A stretch of DNA of 64,000 nt from Acidobacteriota bacterium (GTDB lineage Bacteria; Acidobacteriota; Terriglobia; Terriglobales; Acidobacteriaceae). The DNA is taken from the NCBI GenBank assembly GCA_018268915.1, contig JAFDVQ010000018.1, positions 74,457 to 138,456 on the forward strand, written 5' to 3'. Position numbers and translations under genes: made by a program. The notes under the pieces were generated by a model. It had not been told where the DNA came from. It worked only from the letters and a program-made list of their open reading frames with translations, and ran no database searches. Positions 1-9,388 of this stretch are shown here, piece after piece; position 1 is the stretch's first letter, and each line of letters begins with the position of its first letter.

Positions 1-1
1 G

Positions 2-199
2 CTCGTCTCAGCGACCAGTGTGCAGGCGAGGATCAGAGCGCTCGATTTGCCGTCGGCCAAAGCCCTGTTTGCCATGACACTGGCCGTGACTGTCGCAGGT
101 AATGAATACCTGATTGAGTCCGTCGCGGCGAACGAAGCCTTCGGCAAGGTTTATCTATATCGGCTTACACTTCGCGAAGTGCACGCACAATCTCTGTAA
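2..199 (+). CDS. 5'-truncated hypothetical protein, possibly phage head-closure/head-tail adaptor-like
   Basis: Frame 2 is open from base 2 to TAA 197-199 (...ALFAMTLAVTVAGNEYLIESVAANEAFGKVYLYRLTLREVHAQSL). It is not in the ORF track because the start lies outside the window. The terminal beta-strand pattern (YxIxxV...YxLxL) and the position ahead of tail-like genes fit a head-closure protein (inference). Confidence 0.5.
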   Translation, partial: LVSATSVQARIRALDLPSAKALFAMTLAVTVAGNEYLIESVAANEAFGKVYLYRLTLREVHAQSL

Positions 200-299
200 A
201 TACCGGATTCTATTCGAGAGACTTTTGGAAGAGTGGAGGAAACAGGCTGATCGAAAAGCTATGTCGCAAGGCTCTATGCCGATCGCCTTTCTCTGATTT

Positions 300-788
300 A
301 TGCAAAATGCAAAAGATTCCTTTTACCTGGCCCTTCGCATGAGGCTTGCGTCACTGAATCCGGAGCGCACTGTGCTGCTGCGTGGAACGCTGCGTCCCGG
401 AATCTTGATTGAAGAGGCCGAGGCGCCATTCGCCCAGCCTCCAGCTGATGTGTTTATGCTTCGCTGGCTTGGGCTTGCGGCGGACGCAGAACTCTCCTCG
501 GCCATGATTGCGATGGAGTGCGAGATTTCGTACAGCACATCGGGATCGCAGGCATTCGGAGGACTGGACCGCGGGAGGTCGCTGACCAGGATGGATCGAG
601 AGCTGCTCGAAATTCTGGAACCTTCCACGACGGCCAAGTTGGACTACTCAGTTCAACCTCCGGCGCCAATGCAAACTCAGGTTTTCTGGGATGAGCCGTC
701 CTTCACAGCTGCTACGACACAACGCGAGCGACTCAGCCGCACAGTTCGCGTGGCTGTCTACAGCTACGAGGAGCAGAGCGAACAATGA
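300..788 (+). CDS. Hypothetical protein, putative tail terminator-like
   Basis: 162-aa ORF whose stop overlaps the next start (ATGA at 785-788). Size and position directly before the tube-like gene fit the gpU/gp17 class (inference). Confidence 0.5.
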   Translation: MQNAKDSFYLALRMRLASLNPERTVLLRGTLRPGILIEEAEAPFAQPPADVFMLRWLGLAADAELSSAMIAMECEISYSTSGSQAFGGLDRGRSLTRMDRELLEILEPSTTAKLDYSVQPPAPMQTQVFWDEPSFTAATTQRERLSRTVRVAVYSYEEQSEQ

Positions 789-1738
789 CGTCTACCTCAT
801 TCGCAGCACCCGCGCCAACTACACGAAGAGTACGAGCCTACTTCGCTCCTGTCGAGCGAGCTACGCAGGCGTATGTACGTTTTTATCCAGCACAGATGAA
901 CACCTTCGATCTCGATGCGCCGCCAGCGCCATGGATCGACCTTGGATGGATCGAGAACTTCGGGCGGACGGCGACTAGCAAGTCTGCACCCATCCTCACC
1001 GGTATTCCCGCCGCCACACTCGAACAGACGCGCAATACACTCGAGGCACATCTCTCTTTCGATTTCCTGAGCTGGACCAAGTTGACGATGGCGCTTGGGA
1101 CCGGTTCGCAGCACATGAACGTGCTGGCAGGCTCGGATGGCGTTTCTGCAGAACCTGCAGTCAGCGTACAGAACGGGTCGACGGCATCCATGGTTCAACT
1201 TGCTGCAGGCGATGCATCAAGATTCGGACCTGGATCGATGATTGCGGTCGATGCGGACTATGCGGGACAGACAGGGTTCGTCGGTTCGCCTGTATCCGGG
1301 GCCTTCCTACGGCAGGCACTTACAGACCCCGATTACATCCGACGTATCACTTTCAACGTCGGTCTCGTGCTTGGCGTAAGCTCTGGAAGCCTGATACTCG
1401 CCCAACCTCTTCCGGGCGGCGTACCTCGGGCAGACGCAAAGGTACAGTCAATTACGGGCTTTGTTGACCGTGAGGGCGGCAGTTTTCATCAGGAATGGTC
1501 AGGTCTGTTTGTGATGGAGGGGAGTCAGGGCGATCGGATCTTCTTGCACTATCCTCGCCTGCAAAGCATGTCTTCCGCAGAGGAATCATCGGTTCCCCTC
1601 GACAGCCGGCATAAGGGCGGAATAAGTCGAATCCTGCTGAAAGGCCAGTTCCGAGCGCTTCCTGTCGACGATCCAATCGATGGCGAGCGGGTTCTGTGCT
1701 ATCGCAGTTTCAAACCCGCAGCTTATGCGCTGATCTAG
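785..1738 (+). CDS. Putative phage major tail tube-like protein with an inserted domain
   Basis: 317 aa. The N-terminal RVRAYFAP...WIDLGWIENF and C-terminal beta-rich segments recall tail tube proteins. Translationally coupled to the upstream gene. Confidence 0.5.
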   Translation: MTSTSFAAPAPTTRRVRAYFAPVERATQAYVRFYPAQMNTFDLDAPPAPWIDLGWIENFGRTATSKSAPILTGIPAATLEQTRNTLEAHLSFDFLSWTKLTMALGTGSQHMNVLAGSDGVSAEPAVSVQNGSTASMVQLAAGDASRFGPGSMIAVDADYAGQTGFVGSPVSGAFLRQALTDPDYIRRITFNVGLVLGVSSGSLILAQPLPGGVPRADAKVQSITGFVDREGGSFHQEWSGLFVMEGSQGDRIFLHYPRLQSMSSAEESSVPLDSRHKGGISRILLKGQFRALPVDDPIDGERVLCYRSFKPAAYALI

Positions 1739-1792
1739 CAGGCTCACCGCCAGTTGGGCTTCGGCTCTTGAAATCAACTCCGGGAAATCACG

Positions 1793-4105
1793 ATGAAGAT
1801 CACGATTGACGGGCAGGACTACACCTTCGCTCTTGACGCGGCACATCCATTAACAATCAAAAGAAAGCTCAATGAGCCTTCCGTGTGCAGACTGTGGATT
1901 ACAACTCCGGCAAGAGAACGGGTTGCTCTCGCGCGTAACCAAGCTTTGCGCATCGCAGGCGACGATGGCAGTTGTTACTTCACTGGCTATGTTGCTGCGA
2001 CGCCCATGCCGGAGTACGCAGGGCTTGGGGTGGAAGGGCCTCGATACCGAATGTCGGTCGAAGCCGTGAGCGACGAATGCCTTCTCGACCAGGCCGGCGC
2101 GGCACCGTGGAAGGCGTCACCCGCCATGGCTGCAGGAACGGCGATCGCTGCGCTGGTTGCAAAGACAGGGATGATTGCTCTTTCAACTAGCGAGCTTTCT
2201 CTAGAGGCGCCTGTCTCAGCTGAATCGGCGCAAAACAGCTCAGCGTTTACCGTTGCCGCCGCGTCTATTGCAAGTCAGGCGCGTGCTGCATACCGGGCCA
2301 TGAATGGAGTAGTAGAACTTACGGCGATGCCGAGTGTGGTGCATTGGTTGAATGAGGCCGACGGAAGCCTTTCTCTTGAGAATCTAACCTTGACCGCGGG
2401 GGCACGCCGTGCTTTAGCGAATGACATTACAGTGTGCGGGGAACGCGAACCCACCAGCTACGTGACGGAGTACTTCCTCGGCGACGGGGTCACAACGCAG
2501 TTCTACCTTTCAGATCGGGTCTTTGCTCCTACGACAGACAAATCGACTCTTATTCGCGAGCTCTTCAACGAAGGCCACATCGACCAGCGGGTATGGGGCA
2601 ACTCTGGCCGACCGGGCTATCTGACGCTGGGCGCCGGCGGGCTGACGATGCAGGGCGGGAACGGCAGAGATGGTGAAACGCTCCTGGGATGGCTGGACCC
2701 TGTCGAGATGGGTGGAACGCTCCTGCTGGAGGCAACAGGAGTTACGCTTGCGAACGGAAGCAGCGGCGTTCTCGCAGGATTTTTTACGGGCGATAATCTG
2801 CAATCCGCTTGCACCGCGGGATTCAAGGTAACGGCGGAGCAGGGCACCGGTGATGTTTCGATTCAGCCCCTGGTGCTTGGAGTCACTGCCGGTGCTTCGT
2901 ATATGGTAAGCCCGTCGAAGCAGTACGCACTGCGGGCTCGCGTCCACTGCCCGGAGGTCTACCGCAGCACATCCATATACCGGACCATCGATGATTTCGG
3001 CGCCGTAGCGACTGGCGGGGAGCTTATTGCGGCTCCAGCGAATCTCCAGCTTGAGATTCAGGAATTTGTGAATGGCGTCGCGGGGATGCCTGTAACTCTC
3101 TTCGAGGGCACAATCGCAAATCTGCCCGCCTCATGCACAGTAGTCGCCGCAAGCAGCATCAATCTTGATGGATCGATGCGCGCATTTCATCTCACGAATC
3201 TGGGATCGGGATGGGTTTCCGCAACTCCATCAAACGGCAGTCCGGTAACGCGCCGTACAGGCTATTCGACACAGGCAGCCGAGTGCCTTGTGGAGAGCTC
3301 CGGCCGCGTGGTGTTCTATCCGGGATTCGCTCCAGCAATGGGAGAGCAAATTGCCGTCAGCTACAGGACCGTGGGCAGGGCAATTGGAAGGAATGTCAAC
3401 GCCGAAAGCCAGCAGCAGCTCGCCGCGTCCTGTCTGCCGCCGGTTTCAGTTTGGGTCGGGAGCGTTACGAATCCTCCGTCACGCTGTTCGCAGGATTGCA
3501 GGAACGCAGCATCTGCGCTTGTGAATGCTGCCGCGAGCGTGACTGCGCTCTGGAGCGGCACTTACAAATGCATGAGCGGAGATCTCAATTCCGACGTGTG
3601 GCCTGGAGATGCGCTTGCATTCAACGCGCCGCCGACTGGAGTCACTGCGCAGATGATCGTCCGCAACGTTAAGCTGACCTACCACGCGAGTCTGCCGGAT
3701 GTCGTATGCTACGAAATCGAGTTTGCAAATGACTGGGCCGAAGATCTCGCAATCAAGACGAGTTCCGAAGTACCGGCAGATGCATGGCTGCCTACGCCTG
3801 CGGGCACAACCAACCTGGCGAATCTCAGTGGACTCACTGTTACGAACGTGAGCGGGCAATCGGTCACAATCAATGCCGGCACGACTGCTCCTGCTGGGGG
3901 TGGATTCGAGGTTCGACGTCGCGACAACTGCTTCCTGCCGGGATCAGATGCCGACTTGGTAATGCGCACCTCGCAACCTATCATGACTCTTTCGCGCTTC
4001 GCAGCAGGGGACCGCTTTTACATCAGGGCTTTCGATGGATCAAATCCACCCAACTACTCGGAATTCTCAGCAGCGCTTATCTTTAACCTTCCGCTTGCTG
4101 TGTAA
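1793..4105 (+). CDS. Putative phage tail tip/baseplate hub-host specificity protein
   Basis: 770 aa, beta-rich. The N-terminus MKITIDGQDYT...LTIKRKLNEPS...YFTGYV is hub-like, the central region is a Gly-rich beta-sandwich, and the C-terminus is FN3-like (FEVRRRD...FYIRAFDGSNPPNYS). Confidence 0.55.
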   Translation: MKITIDGQDYTFALDAAHPLTIKRKLNEPSVCRLWITTPARERVALARNQALRIAGDDGSCYFTGYVAATPMPEYAGLGVEGPRYRMSVEAVSDECLLDQAGAAPWKASPAMAAGTAIAALVAKTGMIALSTSELSLEAPVSAESAQNSSAFTVAAASIASQARAAYRAMNGVVELTAMPSVVHWLNEADGSLSLENLTLTAGARRALANDITVCGEREPTSYVTEYFLGDGVTTQFYLSDRVFAPTTDKSTLIRELFNEGHIDQRVWGNSGRPGYLTLGAGGLTMQGGNGRDGETLLGWLDPVEMGGTLLLEATGVTLANGSSGVLAGFFTGDNLQSACTAGFKVTAEQGTGDVSIQPLVLGVTAGASYMVSPSKQYALRARVHCPEVYRSTSIYRTIDDFGAVATGGELIAAPANLQLEIQEFVNGVAGMPVTLFEGTIANLPASCTVVAASSINLDGSMRAFHLTNLGSGWVSATPSNGSPVTRRTGYSTQAAECLVESSGRVVFYPGFAPAMGEQIAVSYRTVGRAIGRNVNAESQQQLAASCLPPVSVWVGSVTNPPSRCSQDCRNAASALVNAAASVTALWSGTYKCMSGDLNSDVWPGDALAFNAPPTGVTAQMIVRNVKLTYHASLPDVVCYEIEFANDWAEDLAIKTSSEVPADAWLPTPAGTTNLANLSGLTVTNVSGQSVTINAGTTAPAGGGFEVRRRDNCFLPGSDADLVMRTSQPIMTLSRFAAGDRFYIRAFDGSNPPNYSEFSAALIFNLPLAV

Positions 4106-4128
4106 CTGGCAGCAGAAAACAAAAATCG

Positions 4129-4356
4129 ATGCGAATGATCAATGAATTCGAAGCACAGGTCTTAAGCGACTTGAATGTCTTGAAGTCGCAGATGAACGCG
4201 CTCACCGGCGATGGCAATGGCGGTCGCATTGCAGATCTCGAGCACCGGATGGAGGAGCACGAGCAGAACTGGGAACGAGCCAAGGGATTTCTAGCGGCGT
4301 TCAGCATATTGCTCACGGTGGTCGAGGTTGCGGTGCAGGCTTGGCACCGGCATTAG
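4129..4356 (+). CDS. Small coiled-coil protein with a C-terminal TM helix (holin/XhlA-like)
   Basis: 75 aa with heptad-like N-terminal segments and a hydrophobic C-terminus (GFLAAFSILLTVVEVAV). Last gene of the phage-like module. Confidence 0.6.
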   Translation: MRMINEFEAQVLSDLNVLKSQMNALTGDGNGGRIADLEHRMEEHEQNWERAKGFLAAFSILLTVVEVAVQAWHRH

Positions 4357-4407
4357 CCAATTTGGCGCGTCGCCAGGTGGGCTCGCGAAAGTCCGGCGAA
4401 CGCCTCT

Positions 4408-4413
4408 TATAAT
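4408..4413 (+). promoter_or_regulatory. -10 box of a probable leaderless purE promoter
   Basis: Perfect TATAAT followed by 6 nt (CACCCC) and then the purE ATG. No Shine-Dalgarno in between. Confidence 0.6.
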
Positions 4414-4419
4414 CACCCC

Positions 4420-4908
4420 ATGAGCAACAAGCCGATAGTTGGCGTGGTGATGGGCTCGAAGAGCGACTACGAAGTGCTCTCAGCGGCCGTCGAGATTCTG
4501 CACGCCCTCGAGATTTCGCATGAAGCGCGGGTAGTCAGCGCGCATCGCACGCCCGACTGGCTCTTCAAATATGCTGAGACCGCGCGGGAGCGCGGATTGC
4601 GCGTGATCATCGCCGGCGCTGGGGGTGCGGCCCACCTCCCGGGAATGCTTGCGTCGAAGACTCTCGTGCCGGTGCTCGGCGTTCCAGTTCCAGCAACGTT
4701 GCTAAACGGTCTCGATTCCCTGCTCTCCATCGTGCAGATGCCAAAAGGAGTTCCGGTCGGAACCCTCGCGATCGGCAAGCCGGGTGCGGCGAATGCTGCG
4801 ATTCTGGCCGCTGAGATTCTGGCGACTGATGACGCGGCTCTCTACGAACGGCTGGCTACCTGGCGCAAAGCGCGAACCGACGAAGTAATGACGCAGGAGC
4901 TTCCCTAG
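4420..4908 (+). CDS. purE: N5-carboxyaminoimidazole ribonucleotide mutase
   Basis: [27 protein letters not shown] and [11 protein letters not shown] signature motifs. Confidence 0.98.
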   Translation: MSNKPIVGVVMGSKSDYEVLSAAVEILHALEISHEARVVSAHRTPDWLFKYAETARERGLRVIIAGAGGAAHLPGMLASKTLVPVLGVPVPATLLNGLDSLLSIVQMPKGVPVGTLAIGKPGAANAAILAAEILATDDAALYERLATWRKARTDEVMTQELP

Positions 4909-6077
4909 TGCCGGATAATCCAATCCCTGTCATTGAACCAGGCGGTATGATCGGCATTCTCGGCGGCGGGCAGCTCGGCCGCATGACCGCGATGGCCGCG
5001 CGCACCATGGGCTATCGCGTGCGCGTCATGGATCCAGAAGGAAAGTGCCCCGCCAGTTTTGTCGTAGACGAGACCATTGTTGGCGCATGGGATGACGTTG
5101 CGGCAGCGCAGAAGCTTGCTCGTGGTGCAGATGCGTTGACCCTGGAGATTGAACAAATCGGTGTCGATGCGTTGAAGCAGGTTGCTCAACTTGCGCCCCT
5201 GCGTCCTGGCGTCGAGCCTGTTCGCATCATTCAGGACAAAACGCTGCAAAAGGCGTGGCTCGCTGAAAATGGATTTCCCGTCGGGCCGTTTCGCGTAGTC
5301 CGCAGCGAAGCAGAACTGCATGAAGCCGTCGAGTCCCTGGGCGGACGGGTGTTTCTCAAGATCGGGCGGGGCGGCTACGATGGCCGCGGACAGGTACGTC
5401 TCGGCATTGAATCGCCGCTCACCGAGCAATCAATTAAAGATGCATGGACGAGCCTTGGTGGCAAACCTGCTGTTGCCGAACAGGCACTCTATCTGGCGCA
5501 TGAGGTCAGCGTGATGGCCGCACGCACGCCGTCAGGAGAAGTGCGTAGCTTTCCCGCCGCACGCAATCACCACGAGAACCAGATTCTCGCATGGAGCGTT
5601 CTGCCCGCAGGCATGAGCCCGGAACTTGAAGCCAAGGCCGAGAAACTCGCAGCCGACATCATCGCTAGACTTGGGATCGAAGGCCTGCTCTGCGTGGAGA
5701 TGTTCATCACCAAGCAGGGGCGGTTGCTTGTGAATGAAATGGCGCCCCGCCCGCACAACAGTTACCACCAGAGCGAGCGCGGATGCGTGACGAGCCAGTT
5801 CGAGCAGCTGGTGCGAACCACGTGCAACCTGCCGCTCGGCGAGACGTCGCTCATCACCCCGTGCGCCATTGTGAATCTGCTTGGTGAAGTCTGGCTGACG
5901 TCAACGCCAAATTTTCAAGCAGCACTCAGCATTCCCGGAGTGCGTTTGCATCTCTACGAAAAGCGTGGCGCCAAGAAAGGCCGGAAGATGGGACATCTTT
6001 CCTCCGTGGGAGCGACGGCAGAAGAGGCTCTGGAGCGAGTGCTCGAGGCGAAAAAACGGATGCTGGGCGAGAGCTAG
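4908..6077 (+). CDS. purK: N5-carboxyaminoimidazole ribonucleotide synthase (ATP-grasp)
   Basis: IGILGGGQLGRM, GYDGRGQ, NEMAPRPHNS and GRKMGH motifs. The GTG start overlaps the purE TAG by 1 nt. Confidence 0.97.
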   Translation: MPDNPIPVIEPGGMIGILGGGQLGRMTAMAARTMGYRVRVMDPEGKCPASFVVDETIVGAWDDVAAAQKLARGADALTLEIEQIGVDALKQVAQLAPLRPGVEPVRIIQDKTLQKAWLAENGFPVGPFRVVRSEAELHEAVESLGGRVFLKIGRGGYDGRGQVRLGIESPLTEQSIKDAWTSLGGKPAVAEQALYLAHEVSVMAARTPSGEVRSFPAARNHHENQILAWSVLPAGMSPELEAKAEKLAADIIARLGIEGLLCVEMFITKQGRLLVNEMAPRPHNSYHQSERGCVTSQFEQLVRTTCNLPLGETSLITPCAIVNLLGEVWLTSTPNFQAALSIPGVRLHLYEKRGAKKGRKMGHLSSVGATAEEALERVLEAKKRMLGES

Positions 6078-6084
6078 GTTTTTG

Positions 6085-6116
6085 CCCACGTCTCAAGATC
6101 GAGACGTGGGGTACCC
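6085..6116 (-). repeat. REP-like palindrome, subfamily A
   Basis: The minus strand reads GGGTAC-CCCACGTCTC-GATCTT-GAGACGTGGG (10-bp perfect stem). Lies between convergent purK and typA. Confidence 0.8.
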
Positions 6117-6138
6117 GAGCATGAACGGTCCAGGCCAG

Positions 6139-7965
6139 TTATGCGCTGAACTGTTCCGCCTTCTCCCAGCGCTTGGGTCTGCGATTGGCTTGCAGAATCT
6201 TCTTTCGCAGCCTAAGCGACTTGGGCGTGATCTCCACGAGTTCATCATCGGCGATAAATTCGATGGCCTGCTCCAGGTTCAGAGTTCTATAGGGCACCAA
6301 GCGGAGCGCCTCGTCAGCGCTCGATGCGCGCATGTTGGTCAACTTCTTCTCGCGAACAACATTCACGTCGAGGTCGTTGTCGCGCGAGTGCTCGCCTACA
6401 ACCATTCCCTCGTAAACATCTACGCCTGCGCCGAGAAACAGGATCCCGCGCTCCTGCAATCCATTCAGAGAATAGGTGGTCGTCAGTCCCTGGCGATCGG
6501 CAATCAAAGCGCCTGTGGGCCTCTGCGGAATCTCGCCCTGATACGGAATGTATCCGTCGAAGAGCGAATTCATGACGATGGTTCCACGCGTTTCGGTCAG
6601 CATCTCACTGCGCAGTCCGATGAGCCCACGGCTGGGTACGCGGAACTCAAGACGCACGCGGCCTGAGCCGTGGTTGTGCATCTTCGTCATTTCGCCTTTA
6701 CGTGGTCCAAGCTTTTCGATCACCACTCCGGTGTACTGTTCGGGAATATCGATGGTGAGGTGCTCAACCGGCTCCATACGCGTGCCATCGACTACCTTGG
6801 TGACAATCTCAGGCCGTCCAGCCATGAGCTCAAAGCCTTCGCGTCGCATCATCTCGATGAGAATTGCAAGCTGAAGCTCGCCCCGGCCAAGCACTTTGAA
6901 AGTATCGGGAGAGCCCGTTTCTTCCACGCGAATCGAGACGTTGGTCAGCAGCTCCTTCTCGAGGCGCTCGCGCAGGTTGCGGCTCGTTACATACTGCCCT
7001 TCCCTGCCCGCGAACGGTGAGTTGTTGACGCTGAACTGGATGGCAATTGTAGGTTCGTCGATAACAATCAGCGGGAGAGGATCGGGCGTCTCGATCGAAG
7101 TGATAGTCTCGCCGATCGTGATTCCCTCTACGCCGGCGACGGCGACGATGTCACCCATCACCGTCTCAGTCATCTCAATTCTCTTCAGACCAGAGAACGT
7201 GAACAGTTTGGTAATCTTCGTCTTCTGCAGGGACCCGTCGCGCTTTGAGATGTTCACTTCATCGCCCGCGTGCAGTGTGCCTTGAAATACGCGGCAGATA
7301 GCGATGCGTCCGAAGTACTCGGAGTAGTCGAGATTCGTCACAAGGATCTGCAGCGCAGCCTCAGCATCTCCCGTTGCCGCGGGAATGGTTGACACGATCG
7401 TCTCGAACAGCGGCTGAAGGTTCTCACCCGGCTTAGCCAGGTCGAGAGTGGCGGTTCCGGCCTTGGCGACGGCATAGAGCACAGGAAAATCCAGCTGCGA
7501 TTCCTCCGCGTCGAGATCAATGAAGAGATCGTAGATCTCGTTCAGCACTTCCTGAGGCCGAGCATCCGGACGGTCGATCTTGTTGATTACCACGATGGGC
7601 GCGAGCTTTGCTTCCAGCGCCTTGGCCAGCACATAACGCGTCTGCGGCAGCGGGCCTTCGGCTGCATCCACCAGCAGCATGACTCCATCCACCATCTTCA
7701 GCGCGCGCTCAACTTCGCCGCCAAAGTCGGCGTGGCCCGGGGTATCAACGATATTGATCTTGCCTCCGCCGTAGTTCACGGCAGTGTTTTTGGCGAGAAT
7801 AGTGATGCCGCGCTCCCGTTCCAGTTCGTTTGAGTCCATCACGCGCTCGGCAACCTGCTCGTTGGCGCGGAATGTGCCCGATTGCCGCAGCATGGCGTCA
7901 ACTAGAGTGGTCTTGCCGTGGTCGACATGGGCGATGATGGCGATATTGCGTATCGTCTGGCTCAC
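6139..7965 (-). CDS. typA: Translational GTPase TypA/BipA
   Basis: [38 protein letters not shown] and C-terminal [10 protein letters not shown]...[13 protein letters not shown]. Confidence 0.98.
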   Translation of the reverse strand: MSQTIRNIAIIAHVDHGKTTLVDAMLRQSGTFRANEQVAERVMDSNELERERGITILAKNTAVNYGGGKINIVDTPGHADFGGEVERALKMVDGVMLLVDAAEGPLPQTRYVLAKALEAKLAPIVVINKIDRPDARPQEVLNEIYDLFIDLDAEESQLDFPVLYAVAKAGTATLDLAKPGENLQPLFETIVSTIPAATGDAEAALQILVTNLDYSEYFGRIAICRVFQGTLHAGDEVNISKRDGSLQKTKITKLFTFSGLKRIEMTETVMGDIVAVAGVEGITIGETITSIETPDPLPLIVIDEPTIAIQFSVNNSPFAGREGQYVTSRNLRERLEKELLTNVSIRVEETGSPDTFKVLGRGELQLAILIEMMRREGFELMAGRPEIVTKVVDGTRMEPVEHLTIDIPEQYTGVVIEKLGPRKGEMTKMHNHGSGRVRLEFRVPSRGLIGLRSEMLTETRGTIVMNSLFDGYIPYQGEIPQRPTGALIADRQGLTTTYSLNGLQERGILFLGAGVDVYEGMVVGEHSRDNDLDVNVVREKKLTNMRASSADEALRLVPYRTLNLEQAIEFIADDELVEITPKSLRLRKKILQANRRPKRWEKAEQFSA

Positions 7966-8264
7966 AGGGGCTAAGTTCCTTTTCTTCTAGGGCAAATCTT
8001 GATTTGCACTGGGATGCGGCCGTAATCGGCCAGCGGACCGGCATGAAAATGCGATGAATAGCCGCGTAGTGCGGCAATATCTATTCTAGCAGGAAGAACT
8101 TTCCAGCAAAATCTGGGCCCAAAGCTCGTGATTGCATGGACTTCAGCACAAGCCACCCATCGGCATTCTGCACGTTCACCGATCGCCTTTTGCTGGTTCG
8201 CGTAAAACCGCTGACCCGGACGGATTGTTCTTACCTGCGAGTCAACGTTTAAACTCAATCGCAA

Positions 8265-9308
8265 ATGAAACGAGCCTGCGCTGGATCTCTTCTCGCTACC
8301 TTCCTCCTCTTATTTCAGGCAATCCACACCCCCGCACAGAAATCTCCGCGCAAGGGCAATGATTTAGCGATCTACTCCATTGACGTCGAGGGAGGCCAGG
8401 CAACACTTATCGTTTCTCCTTCAGGAGCGTCTCTGCTTGTCGATACTGGATGGCCCGGCAGCAACGGGCGCGACGCTGAGCGCATTCAGGGCGCGATGAA
8501 AGACGCAGGAATCTCCAAGATCGACAAGGTGCTCATCACGCATTTTCACACCGATCACGTTGGCGGTGTGCCTGAACTCGTCAAGCGCGTGAAGGTCGGC
8601 GAGTTCCTCGATCACGGCTCGAATCGCGAAGATTCCGACATCACCCGTAAAGATTTCGCTGCATACACCGCGGCGATCGGCAATACGCCCCGTCGAGCAC
8701 TTCATCCGGGCGACGCCATAGACCTTACAGGTCTCAACATCGTCGTCGTCGCAGCCGACGGCGAACACATCTCATCTGTGCCTGGAATCAAGCCTGAACC
8801 AAATTCCAACTGCTCAAGCGAGCCCAAGTGGAAGCTTGACGATAGTGAGAACCCGCGATCTGTCGGGGTCCTTGTTCGTTTTGGGCGATTCAGCTTTCTC
8901 GATCTCGGAGATCTGACAAAACCGAAAGAGATCGACCTTGTCTGCCCAAATAACCCACTTGGCAAAGTGAGCCTGTTTCTCGTCAGCCATCACGGTCTGG
9001 ACCAGTCAAACTCGAAATCGCTCATTGCTGCGATTCATCCGCAGGCCGCCATCATGAACAATGGCGCGCATAAGGGCGGAAGTCCTGAGGCGTGGCAAAC
9101 GGTCAGCGACATTGTCGGCAGCGGGAACCTTTTCATGCTGCACAATGCAGAGGGGTCTGACACTGCTCATAACAGTCCGGAGGGGTTGATCGCCAATCCG
9201 AAGGGAGAGGAGAAGGGGAACTCCTTCAAGGTAGTGGCGAACCGTGACGGAAAGTTTACCCTCACGAATTCGCGCACAGACGAAACGAGAGCGTTTCCTG
9301 CGAAGTAG
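8265..9308 (+). CDS. Secreted MBL-fold metallo-hydrolase (ComEC/Rec2 C-terminal domain-like)
   Basis: Signal peptide, IDVEGGQATLI, LVDTG, THFHTDHVGG (HxHxDH) and VSHHG motifs. Confidence 0.85.
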   Translation: MKRACAGSLLATFLLLFQAIHTPAQKSPRKGNDLAIYSIDVEGGQATLIVSPSGASLLVDTGWPGSNGRDAERIQGAMKDAGISKIDKVLITHFHTDHVGGVPELVKRVKVGEFLDHGSNREDSDITRKDFAAYTAAIGNTPRRALHPGDAIDLTGLNIVVVAADGEHISSVPGIKPEPNSNCSSEPKWKLDDSENPRSVGVLVRFGRFSFLDLGDLTKPKEIDLVCPNNPLGKVSLFLVSHHGLDQSNSKSLIAAIHPQAAIMNNGAHKGGSPEAWQTVSDIVGSGNLFMLHNAEGSDTAHNSPEGLIANPKGEEKGNSFKVVANRDGKFTLTNSRTDETRAFPAK

Positions 9309-9318
9309 GATGAGACAC

Positions 9319-9353
9319 GAAGGCCCTTGCGAGTCGGGGCCGCAAGGGCTTTC
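9319..9353. terminator. Hairpin between convergent genes, probable terminator
   Basis: GAAGGCCCTTGCG-N9-CGCAAGGGCTTTC inverted repeat. Confidence 0.6.
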
Positions 9354-9388
9354 ATGCTGATTTCCGTATTCGTGACATTCACTATCGC

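Larger units (their letters stand above)
1..4356 (+). mobile_element. Right end of a phage-derived virion structural module (prophage remnant or domesticated GTA-like element)
   Basis: Five co-oriented, tightly spaced ORFs whose sizes, order and motifs resemble a siphovirus head-tail joining/tail/lysis region. No integrase or att site was seen at the purE junction. Confidence 0.55.

Noticed and set aside
114-296. 60-aa ORF from the ORF track
   Set aside because: It overlaps the more protein-like frame-2 ORF (2-199) and has no recognisable features. Probably spurious.
4357-4419. Possible prophage attachment site at the module border
   Set aside because: No tRNA, integrase or repeated core sequence is visible. 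The space is explained by the purE promoter. The partner att site could not be tested because it would lie outside the window.
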